A stretch of 20,803 bases of DNA from Abditibacteriaceae bacterium (GCA_031372065.1 JANMKN010000313.1:1-20803); one strand, 5' to 3'; positions 1 through 8,864 are shown, numbered from the stretch's first letter. Notes: generated by a model not told the origin, from the letters alone. Program-made: numbers and translations.

Positions 1-58
1 AAATTATAATTTCGCTGCCGTTTTAGTTTTTACAAGCCGGTCACTTTCCGGTTCGTTT

Positions 59-814
59 TTATTTGGTGGCGTCGCCCCAGATTTCGGCTTCGATGTATTG
101 ATTCTGCGGGTCGCTGGTGTTGCCACGGCTGTAAAGGCGAATGTAACGCGCTTTGGCGGGCTTGGAGAATTGAACCCACTGACCCGTATTGTGCTCGTAG
201 TATTCGATCTCTTTACCGGCGCCCAGACCAGAGGAATTGTCTTGATCGTTGTTGTAAAGCGTGGTGACTCCGGTCACGAAATCGGCATCGTTGGAAGCCT
301 GCACAACCACATCACGATAAACGCGTGCTTCACCGAAATAATGCCACAGCAAAGCGCCATACACCGTTGTGGCTTTGCCGAGGTCAATCTGCACCCATTG
401 CGTGCCGGGGCCAAGTTCGACCCAGTTGCCTTCGGTGCCTTCTTTGACGCCGTCGGTAATCATGGAAAGCGTGCCGATAATAGGAAAATCATCGCTGGCC
501 GTCACGGTTTTTCCCTTGGAAACGATTTGAGCGCCTTTGGGCAACATCACAGTGGGGCGCGCTTTCCAAGGTTTTGCCGTAGTATCGCGAATCTGACGCG
601 GCGTGCCGGTATAAGTCGCTGGGGGCAAGAGAAACTTCACAGCGACCGCGCTGGAGGCTGTTTTCGGGGCTGGTTTCGCCGCTGACTTCGCGGCTGACTT
701 ACCGGCAGGTTTTGCGGCAGGTTTTTTCATGGGCGCGGCCTGCGCTGTCATCGAGTTCAGGGCCGGTAAGGCCAGTGCGGCGGCCACTAAAAGAGCGCCT
801 TGCTTGGGGTTCAT
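59..814 (-). CDS. Secreted discoidin / F5/8 type C (CBM32-like) domain protein, paralog 1
   Basis: Signal peptide (LLVAAALALPALNSMTAQA), Ala/Lys/Pro linker, then WVQIDLG...ARYIRLYSRGN...YIEAEIWG, typical of the F5/8C fold. Start at ATG 814 chosen because GAGGA lies just upstream; ATG 829 is the alternative. Confidence 0.8.
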   Translation of the reverse strand: MNPKQGALLVAAALALPALNSMTAQAAPMKKPAAKPAGKSAAKSAAKPAPKTASSAVAVKFLLPPATYTGTPRQIRDTTAKPWKARPTVMLPKGAQIVSKGKTVTASDDFPIIGTLSMITDGVKEGTEGNWVELGPGTQWVQIDLGKATTVYGALLWHYFGEARVYRDVVVQASNDADFVTGVTTLYNNDQDNSSGLGAGKEIEYYEHNTGQWVQFSKPAKARYIRLYSRGNTSDPQNQYIEAEIWGDATK

Positions 815-1001
815 GGATTTTGTCCTCATTTAAAATGTCGCTTTCGTGGAATACATTCGCACGATTTTATCGGGAAGGCTTCAGGAAAACGCTCGCCTTT
901 GACGTGAGTAATTCCGGTTAGTTTCGTTTAAGGTTGGCCGGGATTACTCATAACAGGGCAAAGCACAGTTTAAATACCGAGAGCTGAAAAGGCCACTGAA
1001 T

Positions 1002-1721
1002 TTAGCGAGCAGAGTCGCCCCAGATTTCGGCTTCGATGTATTGGTTTTGCGGGTCGCTGGTGTTGCCACGGCTGTAAAGGCGAATGTAACGCGCTTTTTG
1101 TGGCTTGTCAAATGAAATCCACTGGCCCTGATAAGTATCGTAAAACTCGCGTTGTTTCCCCGCGCCCAAACCGGACGAATTGTCCTGATCGTTGTTGTAA
1201 AGCGTGGTGACTCCGGTCACAAAATCGGCATCGTTGGAAGCCTGCACAACCACATCGCGATAAACGCGCGTGTCGCCGTGAAAATGCCAAAGCAAAACGC
1301 CATACGTTGTTGTGGCTTTGCCGAGATCAATCTGCACCCATTGCGTGCCGGGGCCAAGTTCGACCCAGTTGCCTTCGGTGCCTTCTTTGACGCCGTCGGT
1401 AATCATGGAAAGCGTGCCGATAATGGGAAAATCATCGCTGGCCGTCACGGTTTTGCCTTTGGAAACGATTTTGGCGCCTTTAGGCAGATAAACAGGCGGA
1501 CGTAATTTTTCTGTCGGCGGCGGTGCCGTTGTGTCTCTTACCTGTTTCTGCGTGCCCTGATAACTTTTTCCCGGCAACTTAAACGAGACTGCGGTTTTGC
1601 CGGTGGCCGGTGCCTTTTTGACCGGCGCCTTTTTGACCGGTGCGGCGTGCGCCGAATAAATAGACGGCACCGCAGTTAATGCAGTGAGCGCCAGGGCGAA
1701 TTTCGTTGTTCCAAATTTCAT
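1002..1721 (-). CDS. Secreted discoidin / F5/8 type C domain protein, paralog 2
   Basis: Signal peptide ending in AHA, KKAPVKKAP linker, domain nearly identical to paralog 1 (943-bp offset), GGGAG RBS. Confidence 0.82.
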   Translation of the reverse strand: MKFGTTKFALALTALTAVPSIYSAHAAPVKKAPVKKAPATGKTAVSFKLPGKSYQGTQKQVRDTTAPPPTEKLRPPVYLPKGAKIVSKGKTVTASDDFPIIGTLSMITDGVKEGTEGNWVELGPGTQWVQIDLGKATTTYGVLLWHFHGDTRVYRDVVVQASNDADFVTGVTTLYNNDQDNSSGLGAGKQREFYDTYQGQWISFDKPQKARYIRLYSRGNTSDPQNQYIEAEIWGDSAR

Positions 1722-1776
1722 GATTGTGTTCTCCCAGAGATGACAAATTTAGAAAGAAAGTGTCAACAATCGTTGC

Positions 1777-2451
1777 TTAAAGATTGGGAATCTGCCAATC
1801 AATTTCGCCTTGGCCCGCTTCGCGCAACGCGGCATTGATTTGCGAAAACGGTTTCGAGCCGAAAAAGCCGGTGTGCGCCGAAAGCGGCGAGGGATGCGCC
1901 GATTCGACGATGACATGGCGGCTTGTATCAATCAGCGGCACTTTTTTGCGCGCGTAGCCGCCCCACAACACGAAAACGACGCGCTCTTGCTTTTCGTTGA
2001 CCGCTTTTAAAACGGCATCAGTGAACTTTTCCCAACCTTTGCCTTTGTGCGAATTGGCCTGATGCGCCCGCACCGTTAAAACCGCATTGAGGAGCAAAAC
2101 GCCTTGCTGCGCCCACGGCATGAGATAGCCGTTATTCGGCACTTTGCAGCCCAAATCGTCGTGCAATTCTTTGAAAATGTTGATGAGCGAGGGCGGTTTG
2201 GTATTGCCCGGCAAAACCGAAAAACTCAGGCCGTGCGCTTGGCCGGGGCCGTGATAAGGGTCTTGGCCGAGCAGAAAAACTTTGACGCTTTCGTAAGGTG
2301 TGGCTTCGAGCGCGCCGAACACTTTGTCTTCGGGCGGAAAAATCGTTTGTGAAGCGCGTTCGGCGTCTACAAAGTCGCGCAGCTTTTCAAAATACGGCTT
2401 TTGCAGTTCGTCGCCGAGCGCGCCCTGCCACGATTCCGGTAGTTGTTGCAT
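1777..2451 (-). CDS. ung: Uracil-DNA glycosylase (family 1)
   Basis: Motifs LGQDPYH, AHGLSFSV, PPSL.NI, QGVLLLN, LWG and SAHPSPLSA. Start trimmed to MQQLPESW (224 aa), the normal size for the family. Confidence 0.97.
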   Translation of the reverse strand: MQQLPESWQGALGDELQKPYFEKLRDFVDAERASQTIFPPEDKVFGALEATPYESVKVFLLGQDPYHGPGQAHGLSFSVLPGNTKPPSLINIFKELHDDLGCKVPNNGYLMPWAQQGVLLLNAVLTVRAHQANSHKGKGWEKFTDAVLKAVNEKQERVVFVLWGGYARKKVPLIDTSRHVIVESAHPSPLSAHTGFFGSKPFSQINAALREAGQGEIDWQIPNL

Positions 2452-2658
2452 GAGAAATGTCAGTTTCCTTTCGCGGTAAATCCTTCGGTTTTCGGTCTTC
2501 TGCGCTTTGCCAATGCTCGATGCCATACCAAGTTTCGGCGAATTGGAGCGGAGTATAAGTGTAAAAGCCCATGAGTTTGCGTCCCGCAAGGCGATTTTTT
2601 ATCCCGTGTTGATTTAATTCGCAGGCACGCGCCACTCTTGAAAACGAATTCCTGGAGT

Positions 2659-2904
2659 ATTTTTCGTCAAGAATGCCGCTGGCGATGCTCCGCCAACTCA
2701 TTTTTGACGAGAAATGGCTTGGGGGACGCTCCCCAGTGTAATTTTTCGTCAAAAATGCCTCGCGGAACGCTCCCCAAGTGTATTTTTCATCAAAAATGAG
2801 TTTTCCGACGCTTCCCAGAGTCATTTTTGATGAAAAATGCCTCACGGGACGCTTCCCAAGTGTATTTTTCATCAAAAATATCTGCGGGGACGCTCCGCTC
2901 ACCT
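2659..2904. repeat. Tandem array of six 41-bp units with a 16-bp palindromic core
   Basis: The core ATTTTT-(CRTC or GAYG)-AAAAAT starts at 2659, 2700, 2741, 2782, 2823 and 2864. Each is followed by 9 variable nt, a GACGCTYCSC-like block and 6 semi-variable nt. Confidence 0.95.
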
Positions 2905-2916
2905 CGTGGGAACACG

Positions 2917-3624
2917 CTATCCAATCGCCCGCGCAATGCCGAACGCAGCAGCAGCAGCGGCGCCGCCGACGAGCGCGGTTTGAAGAGCGGCTTTGCTCAT
3001 AGCCACTCCGGTAAATCTGCCTTTGACGGCGCCGAAAACGGCTAAGGCTAAAATCGTCACGCCAACGGAGATTTTTAAGGCGTTAGGCGCCTCTTTGATC
3101 AGCATATAGGGCGCCAAAGGAATGAAGCCGCCGACGACATAAGACAATGCGATGGTGACGGCGCTTTGCCAGGCGCGACTTGGTTGGGGTTCTTCGAGGC
3201 CCAGTTCAAAGCGCATCATAAAATCCACCCATTTTTGCGGGTTTTGCGACAACGCTTCGACAATAGGTTCGGCTTGTTCGATGGTCAAACCATAATCGGT
3301 AAACACTTCGCGCACTTCGGCTTTTTCGCGCTCTGGCAGTTCCACGACTTCGCGTTCTTCGCGGCGGCGTTCGCTGGCGTAGTGTTCGGCTTCGCTGCGC
3401 GCCGCCAAGTAACCACCGAGGCCCATGGCTATGGAACCGGCGGCGATTTCGGCGAGGCCCGCTGTCACGATGATTTTCGTGGCGGAAATTGCGCCCGAAA
3501 GTCCGGCGGCCAACGCGAAAGGCACGGTTAATCCATCGGCCATGCCGATAACAATATCGCGCACCATTTCGCTGGATTGGAAATGTTCTTCAACGTGCGG
3601 AGTTGGATGGGGAATGCGGGCCAT
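2917..3624 (-). CDS. VIT1/CCC1 family iron/manganese transporter
   Basis: RDIVIGMADGL, AGSIAMGLGGYL, Glu-rich cytoplasmic segment, MMRFELG, five hydrophobic helices; GAGG RBS. Confidence 0.93.
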   Translation of the reverse strand: MARIPHPTPHVEEHFQSSEMVRDIVIGMADGLTVPFALAAGLSGAISATKIIVTAGLAEIAAGSIAMGLGGYLAARSEAEHYASERRREEREVVELPEREKAEVREVFTDYGLTIEQAEPIVEALSQNPQKWVDFMMRFELGLEEPQPSRAWQSAVTIALSYVVGGFIPLAPYMLIKEAPNALKISVGVTILALAVFGAVKGRFTGVAMSKAALQTALVGGAAAAAAFGIARAIG

Positions 3625-3726
3625 GTGTCCTCTTTTTCAATTTAGTTTGGCCGATTTTGCACCATGAAGACGCGTCGTTTGATAACCTCAAACAATAGAG
3701 CATTCAATTTTGAGGACAAAAGACTT

Positions 3727-4032
3727 ATGTTTATTGTTCACGTCCACGTTTTTGTCAAGCCCGATTGCGTTGATGGTTTTCGTGAAGCCTCTCTCGACAA
3801 TGCGCGCCACAGCGTGCAGGAAGCGGGCGTTGCGAGTTTTGATGTGCTACAACAGCAAGATAATCCGGCGCGTTTTGTGCTCGTAGAGGTTTACCGGACA
3901 CCCGAAGATGCTGCGCGGCACAAGGAAACTGCGCATTATGCAAAATGGCGCGACACCGTCGCTGAAATGATGGCCGAGCCGCGTTATAGCGTGAAATATG
4001 ACAATGCTTTTCCGCCAGACAACAACTGGTAG
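3727..4032 (+). CDS. ABM-family protein (putative quinol monooxygenase / LsrG-like)
   Basis: 101 aa with VKP...[20 protein letters not shown] and [20 protein letters not shown] upstream of ATG 3727. Confidence 0.85.
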   Translation: MFIVHVHVFVKPDCVDGFREASLDNARHSVQEAGVASFDVLQQQDNPARFVLVEVYRTPEDAARHKETAHYAKWRDTVAEMMAEPRYSVKYDNAFPPDNNW

Positions 4033-4071
4033 AAAGACGACTCTCGGCGAGTTGCACGAAGTAGATAATTT

Positions 4072-5229
4072 ATGATTCAATTCGATTTCGCCACGGCGCA
4101 ACGCCTGGTATTTGGCGCGGGCACTTTGCAACAAAGCGGGAAAATCGCCGCTGAGTTCGGGCGCCGCGTTTTTGTTGTAATCGGCGCCAATATGGAGCGC
4201 GTCGAGCCGTTGCTTTGCTTGCTGCAAAAGGCTGGATGCAAAACCTCTACGTTTTCAGTGGAAGGTGAGCCGACGATTGCTCAAGTGCAAAGTGGCTTAA
4301 AGCAAGCGCGCAAATTCAACAGTGATGTGGTGGTGGGTTTTGGCGGCGGCAGCGCGATTGACGCAGGCAAAGCTATCGCGGCGCTCATGACGAACGAAGG
4401 GGAAGTTCTCGATTACCTTGAAGTCATTGGGCAAGGTAAAAAAATCTCTCAGGTGCCGCTGCCATTTATTGCCATTCCGACGACGGCGGGCACCGGCGCC
4501 GAAGTTACCCGTAACGCGGTTCTTAGTTCGCCGGAACATGGCATCAAAGTCAGTTTACGCAGCTTGTTGATGCTGCCGCGCGTGGCGCTTGTTGATCCTG
4601 AATTGACCTATAATTTGCCGCGTGCGTTGACGGCCAGCACGGGTTTGGACGCGTTGACGCAGTTAATCGAATCCTATATCTCGCCGCAGGCCAATTTGCT
4701 GACGGATATGTTTTGTCGCGAAGGTTTAATGCGCGCCTCGCGCAGTTTGCGGCGCGTAGTAGATCACGGCCACGACCGTGATGCGCGCGAAGACATGGCG
4801 CTCGCCAGTTTGTATGGCGGCTTGGCTTTGGCGAATGCGAAATTAGGCGCGGTGCATGGCCTCGCCGCGCCAATTGGCGGAATGTTTACAGCGCCGCACG
4901 GCGCGGTTTGCGCGCGACTTTTGCCGTGCGTGGTGCAAGCCAACGTGCGCGCTTTAAAAGAAAAAGGTGGCAGCAGTGAGCCATTGCGCCGCTACGATGA
5001 AATCGCGCAAATGCTGACTGGCTATGCCAACGCCTCGGCGCCCGACAGCGTGGTGTGGCTTGGTGGCTTGTGCCGCGAATTCAACATTCCGCCGCTTTCC
5101 GAATACGGCCTTCATACCAGCAGTTTCGACGACATCGCCACCAAAGCCGCGCGCTCCAGTTCGATGCAAGGCAATCCCGTGAAGTTAAACGCTTCTCAAC
5201 TGCGTGAAGTCTTAGAAAAAGCAGTGTGA
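4072..5229 (+). CDS. Iron-containing alcohol dehydrogenase
   Basis: GGGSAID, PTTAGTGAEVT, DALTQ, GAVHGLA and APHG motifs. Confidence 0.93.
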   Translation: MIQFDFATAQRLVFGAGTLQQSGKIAAEFGRRVFVVIGANMERVEPLLCLLQKAGCKTSTFSVEGEPTIAQVQSGLKQARKFNSDVVVGFGGGSAIDAGKAIAALMTNEGEVLDYLEVIGQGKKISQVPLPFIAIPTTAGTGAEVTRNAVLSSPEHGIKVSLRSLLMLPRVALVDPELTYNLPRALTASTGLDALTQLIESYISPQANLLTDMFCREGLMRASRSLRRVVDHGHDRDAREDMALASLYGGLALANAKLGAVHGLAAPIGGMFTAPHGAVCARLLPCVVQANVRALKEKGGSSEPLRRYDEIAQMLTGYANASAPDSVVWLGGLCREFNIPPLSEYGLHTSSFDDIATKAARSSSMQGNPVKLNASQLREVLEKAV

Positions 5230-5241
5230 AATCCCCCAAAT

Positions 5242-5275
5242 AAAACGGCTTCGGTGCTTGCACTGGAGCCGTTTT
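5242..5275 (+). terminator. Probable intrinsic terminator (possibly bidirectional)
   Basis: AAAACGGCTTCGGTGC-TT-GCACTGGAGCCGTTTT hairpin (two G.U pairs), beginning 12 nt after the ADH stop. Confidence 0.7.
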
Positions 5276-5329
5276 GCTATTGTAGTTTGAACGTGGCAAA
5301 CTTGCGTTTATCAGCGCACTGAGGCATCT

Positions 5330-5797
5330 TTGCAAGAATCAGAAATCCCCAAAATCATTTCGCCCGAAAACCCGCAGGCTGAAGGCACGAGTCCAAATCC
5401 ACTGCGCAAGAAGCGGATGGCGTTGGTGGCGCTGGTGTTCCTCTATTACGGTATGGGCTTCTGTATTCCTCTGGCGACTTCTGTGGGGCAGGGCATGGAG
5501 ATGATGGTTCAATTGATCTTTAGCCTGATTGCCCAAGTGTTCATTATTTACTGGTTCATTGTGGACGCCCAGGAGCGCAACTACACGATTTCCAAAGCGC
5601 TGTTTCTTATGCTTTTTGCTTTGAGCTTTTTGGCGATTCCTTACTACTTCATCAAGACGCGCGGCAAAAAAGCCCTTGCCCCAATTCTGTTTTGCCTGCT
5701 TTTGCTCCTCGCTTTCGGTAGTAGTGAAGCCCTCGGTAAATGGGTGGGAGGACAAATGCCGACAATTTTTGCAAGAATCCGCAACGGAAAGGGGTAG
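5330..5797 (+). CDS. Hypothetical membrane protein (about 4 TM helices)
   Basis: Four hydrophobic segments and a PYYFIKTRG motif. TTG start preceded by GAGG; ATG 5418 is an alternative. Confidence 0.7.
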   Translation: MQESEIPKIISPENPQAEGTSPNPLRKKRMALVALVFLYYGMGFCIPLATSVGQGMEMMVQLIFSLIAQVFIIYWFIVDAQERNYTISKALFLMLFALSFLAIPYYFIKTRGKKALAPILFCLLLLLAFGSSEALGKWVGGQMPTIFARIRNGKG

Positions 5798-6098
5798 ATT
5801 AGTATTTGGAACAAAAAGACCGCTGAATATGACTCAGTGGGCCTGCAAACCATAGCAAATTTACCTCGCCGAAACATAGGTTCTGCAAACTGACACACAG
5901 GCGCGCAAGTAACGATAAAGCAGAGCCACAATAAGCGCTGCAAGTAGAAGCAAGAACATCATATAAGCAGCCCAAGCCGCGTTTTATAGAGAAATTTTGC
6001 TTGGTTTGCTGTTCTTGCGTGAGGAAAACTTTTCGCATGGCCGCGCCAGAAACAGCAAACCGTTTAAACTGCAAACATCCCCTTTTTCAGGAGCGGTC

Positions 6099-7358
6099 AT
6101 GTCCGAATCGCAAATTTCTGCTGCCAAAAATGTCACGCGTCGGCGCTTTTTGAGTGGCGCGGCCACATTGCTCGCGACGCCTTATATCATTACCTCGAAT
6201 GCTTTGGGCCAAAACGGCGTGCCTGCGGCCAGCGAACGCTTGACAACGGGTCACATCGGCATCGGCGGCATGGGCGGCGGGCATTATGGCGGCGCGCTTG
6301 GCGACAAAAAGTTGCAGGTTTTAGGCGCCTGCGATGCGCGCGGCGACAGGCTTGAAGCAGCGATGGCCAAAGCGCGCGAAGTCAATGGCAACGACGACAC
6401 CAAAGCCTATCACGACTACCGTGAACTGTTGGCGCGTCCCGATATTGATGCGGTTTTCATTGCTACGCCCGACCACTGGCACACCATTATCGCTTGCGAG
6501 GCTGCCAAAGCGGGCAAAGATATTTACTGCGAAAAACCGCTCACGCTCACTATCCGCGAAGCGCAGATTTTGCGTGCTACGGTGCGTCGTCATAACACGG
6601 TTTTTCAAACTGGCAGCCAGCAGCGCAGCGATTATAAATTTCGCTACGCCTGCGAATTGGTGCGCAACGGGCGCATCGGCCAGTTATTGAAAATCAATGT
6701 CGGCGTTGGTGGCCCATCAGATGAGCGTTGGGTGGCATCCGAACCGTTGCCGGAAAATGTGGACTGGGAAATGTGGCTCGGCCCGGCGCCGTGGAAGCCA
6801 TATAACGCTGATCGCATCAACAATTGGCGCGCCTATCGCGATTATTCCGGCGGGCAAATGACCGATTGGGGCGCGCACCATTTTGATATTGCCCAATGGG
6901 GCATGGGCATGGATGGCAGCGGGCCAAAGGAAATTATTCCGGCCAATGCCGCAGAAAAAACGCCGCTGACTTACAAATATGCCAGCGGCGTCACGGTTTA
7001 TCATGGCGATGCCAATGGCGTGAAATTCACCGGCACCGAAGGCATCATTGAAGTCAATCGCGGCTATTTGCAATCGTGGCCCGATACCATAATTAAACAG
7101 CCGATTGGCAGCAGCGACATTCGCCTTTATGAAAGCGGCAACCACCGCGATGACTGGCTCAATTGCATCAAAACGCGCCAGCGCCCGATTGCTGATGTCG
7201 CCATCGGCGCCAGTTCCATTATGATGTGTCATTTAGGCAATATCGCAACGTGGCTGAATCGCAGCATCAAATGGAATCCGCAAACCGAAGAAATCATTGG
7301 CGACGCGGAAGCCACGCGCTGGCTTGACCGCCCCAAACGCGCGCCGTGGGCGCTGTAG
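6099..7358 (+). CDS. Gfo/Idh/MocA oxidoreductase with a Tat-like signal
   Basis: TRRRFL twin-arginine motif, IGIGGMG, TPDHWH, CEKP and DWGAHHFD; AGGAG RBS before ATG 6099. Confidence 0.92.
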   Translation: MSESQISAAKNVTRRRFLSGAATLLATPYIITSNALGQNGVPAASERLTTGHIGIGGMGGGHYGGALGDKKLQVLGACDARGDRLEAAMAKAREVNGNDDTKAYHDYRELLARPDIDAVFIATPDHWHTIIACEAAKAGKDIYCEKPLTLTIREAQILRATVRRHNTVFQTGSQQRSDYKFRYACELVRNGRIGQLLKINVGVGGPSDERWVASEPLPENVDWEMWLGPAPWKPYNADRINNWRAYRDYSGGQMTDWGAHHFDIAQWGMGMDGSGPKEIIPANAAEKTPLTYKYASGVTVYHGDANGVKFTGTEGIIEVNRGYLQSWPDTIIKQPIGSSDIRLYESGNHRDDWLNCIKTRQRPIADVAIGASSIMMCHLGNIATWLNRSIKWNPQTEEIIGDAEATRWLDRPKRAPWAL

Positions 7359-7370
7359 GAAAAGCATTTT

Positions 7371-8582
7371 ATGAATTTTCAAGTCCGCCGGAATGATGTG
7401 CGAAACTTTTGGAGCGAAGCTCTGGTTGTATGGCTGATCTTTGTGGCGATGGCCTTTATGAGCCAAGAAGCAAAGGCCGGTGCTATTGGACGATTTAGTT
7501 TGCCTTACGTGATGCCGAACTCGAATCTAATAGTGAAAGGCTCTGTTCTCTGGGTCACTGAAAATTTGGATGGCGACGACATCCTACACGCTGAAATCAA
7601 AATTGACAGCGTTTTGAAGGGGAAATGGGAAACTGGCAACCTGTTTTTGCAGTTTCCGGCTCAGAGTAAGGCGAATTTGATAGGCAGGATAGTTGATACT
7701 TTAGCTAAGGACGAATACGCTCTCTTTTTCCTGAAAACGGATGGCGGCATTGTTCGCCCTGTTGATGAACAGCACATCAAGCTGCCGATTCGTCCGGGAC
7801 GCGTGCCGATGCCCGATGAACCCAACGAGACAGAATCGTTAATTCGTGACGAACTACTTTTTACGGCTTTTGGGCCATCAACTCTTTACTCAAAAGAAGA
7901 TGAAGCAAAAAAAGAAAGAGCAAAACAGCGTTCTGTCTGGGCGCCCTTCGGCATTTATTCGATGAAAATAGAAGCGGTGCGGCAACTGGGTTACCTCCCA
8001 GCCGCACCACAAACTTTGACTTTATTGGAGTCGTTAGCCTCCAGTCCGAATAGTGACGAACAAGCTATAGCTATTGCGTCCCTGCTGAATTTAAACCAAG
8101 CGAGTGTCTTGCCAATGGCTGTTAATTATTTGAAATCTGAGTCGCCAAAAGAACTTTTTCAGCCTTACACGATTGGTCATCCGAAAGATTGGGTTACGCG
8201 CGCAATTAGGAGTATCAAGAGCGTGGAAGCCATTGAACCATTAAGTGAATTGTTAAATTATCCAGAATCCCGTGTGCGGGAATCAGCCATTTGTGCTCTG
8301 CGACAAATTGGGCAGATAATTAAAGAACCGGGGCGCCCGCTAAAAGACTTGCGAGAAGGCAAAACAATCCCCTTTCTGGTCAGGGCGTTGGACGATTCAA
8401 GTCCTGAAGTCCGCTTGCAGGCAATCTGGGCGCTTTCCGAAATTACCTCAAAAAATCATTGGTTCCCGAACTATCGGTATCAAGATAAGGATTTTAATCC
8501 TGATGCCGAAAAAAAGATTATTGATCAATGGAAAGAGTGGTGGCGTGTTGAAGGCAGGGTTCTTTTTTATTCACCTGTTTAA
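7371..8582 (+). CDS. Secreted HEAT-repeat-containing protein
   Basis: Signal-like N-terminus ending in AKA; HEAT-like units AIEPLSELLNYPESRVRESAICAL and IPFLVRALDDSSPEVRLQAIWAL; C-terminal WKEWW. Confidence 0.78.
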   Translation: MNFQVRRNDVRNFWSEALVVWLIFVAMAFMSQEAKAGAIGRFSLPYVMPNSNLIVKGSVLWVTENLDGDDILHAEIKIDSVLKGKWETGNLFLQFPAQSKANLIGRIVDTLAKDEYALFFLKTDGGIVRPVDEQHIKLPIRPGRVPMPDEPNETESLIRDELLFTAFGPSTLYSKEDEAKKERAKQRSVWAPFGIYSMKIEAVRQLGYLPAAPQTLTLLESLASSPNSDEQAIAIASLLNLNQASVLPMAVNYLKSESPKELFQPYTIGHPKDWVTRAIRSIKSVEAIEPLSELLNYPESRVRESAICALRQIGQIIKEPGRPLKDLREGKTIPFLVRALDDSSPEVRLQAIWALSEITSKNHWFPNYRYQDKDFNPDAEKKIIDQWKEWWRVEGRVLFYSPV

Positions 8583-8664
8583 AACACGAAGTCATGCGCC
8601 GAAAACACGAGGTCAGGCACCAAAAACACGAGGTCAGGTGCTGGAAACACGAGGTCAAGCACTC
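8581..8664. repeat. Four 21-bp tandem repeats (plus a degenerate fifth)
   Basis: AAAACACGAAGTCATGCGCCG / AAAACACGAGGTCAGGCACCA / AAAACACGAGGTCAGGTGCTG / GAAACACGAGGTCAAGCACTC. Confidence 0.92.
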
Positions 8665-8864
8665 CAAATTTGAGGCAGGAACACTTTAGTTTGTAGACAC
8701 ACGCGGGCGCCCTCTGGGCAGATATCCCTACTTTTCTTCGGCGTCTTCCAACAATTGTTTCACATAAGCGGCTTGATCGGTTTTGCGGTTGGCAGCGAGC
8801 CATTCTTGTAAAAGCGCCCGCGATTCTTCTGCTAAAATCCCGTCGAGAAATTCCGCCCGTCACA

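Noticed and set aside
59..1721. Diversity-generating retroelement (TR/VR pair)
   Set aside because: Both copies are full genes, the differences include synonymous changes and are not restricted to adenines, and no reverse transcriptase is in the window.
2387..2902. 171-aa minus-strand ORF (and short plus-strand ORFs) across the 41-bp array
   Set aside because: It overlaps the ung start, has no clear RBS, and its translation simply cycles through the repeat frames; likely a shadow ORF.
2659..2904. CRISPR array or canonical TIGR-Tas locus
   Set aside because: Variable blocks are only 6-9 nt and partly related to each other, the repeats flip internally, and no cas gene is present. The TGATGA/TGACGA box-C-like motif switches strand between units, and no Nop-domain gene is in the window.
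2901..2908. ACCTCGTG matching the reverse complement of the 8581-array core
   Set aside because: An 8-bp match is expected by chance in a window of this size.
8579..8863. 94-aa minus-strand ORF with DLVF heptads
   Set aside because: Antisense to the surrounding gene run, no clear RBS, and the repeat peptide is confined to the DNA array.
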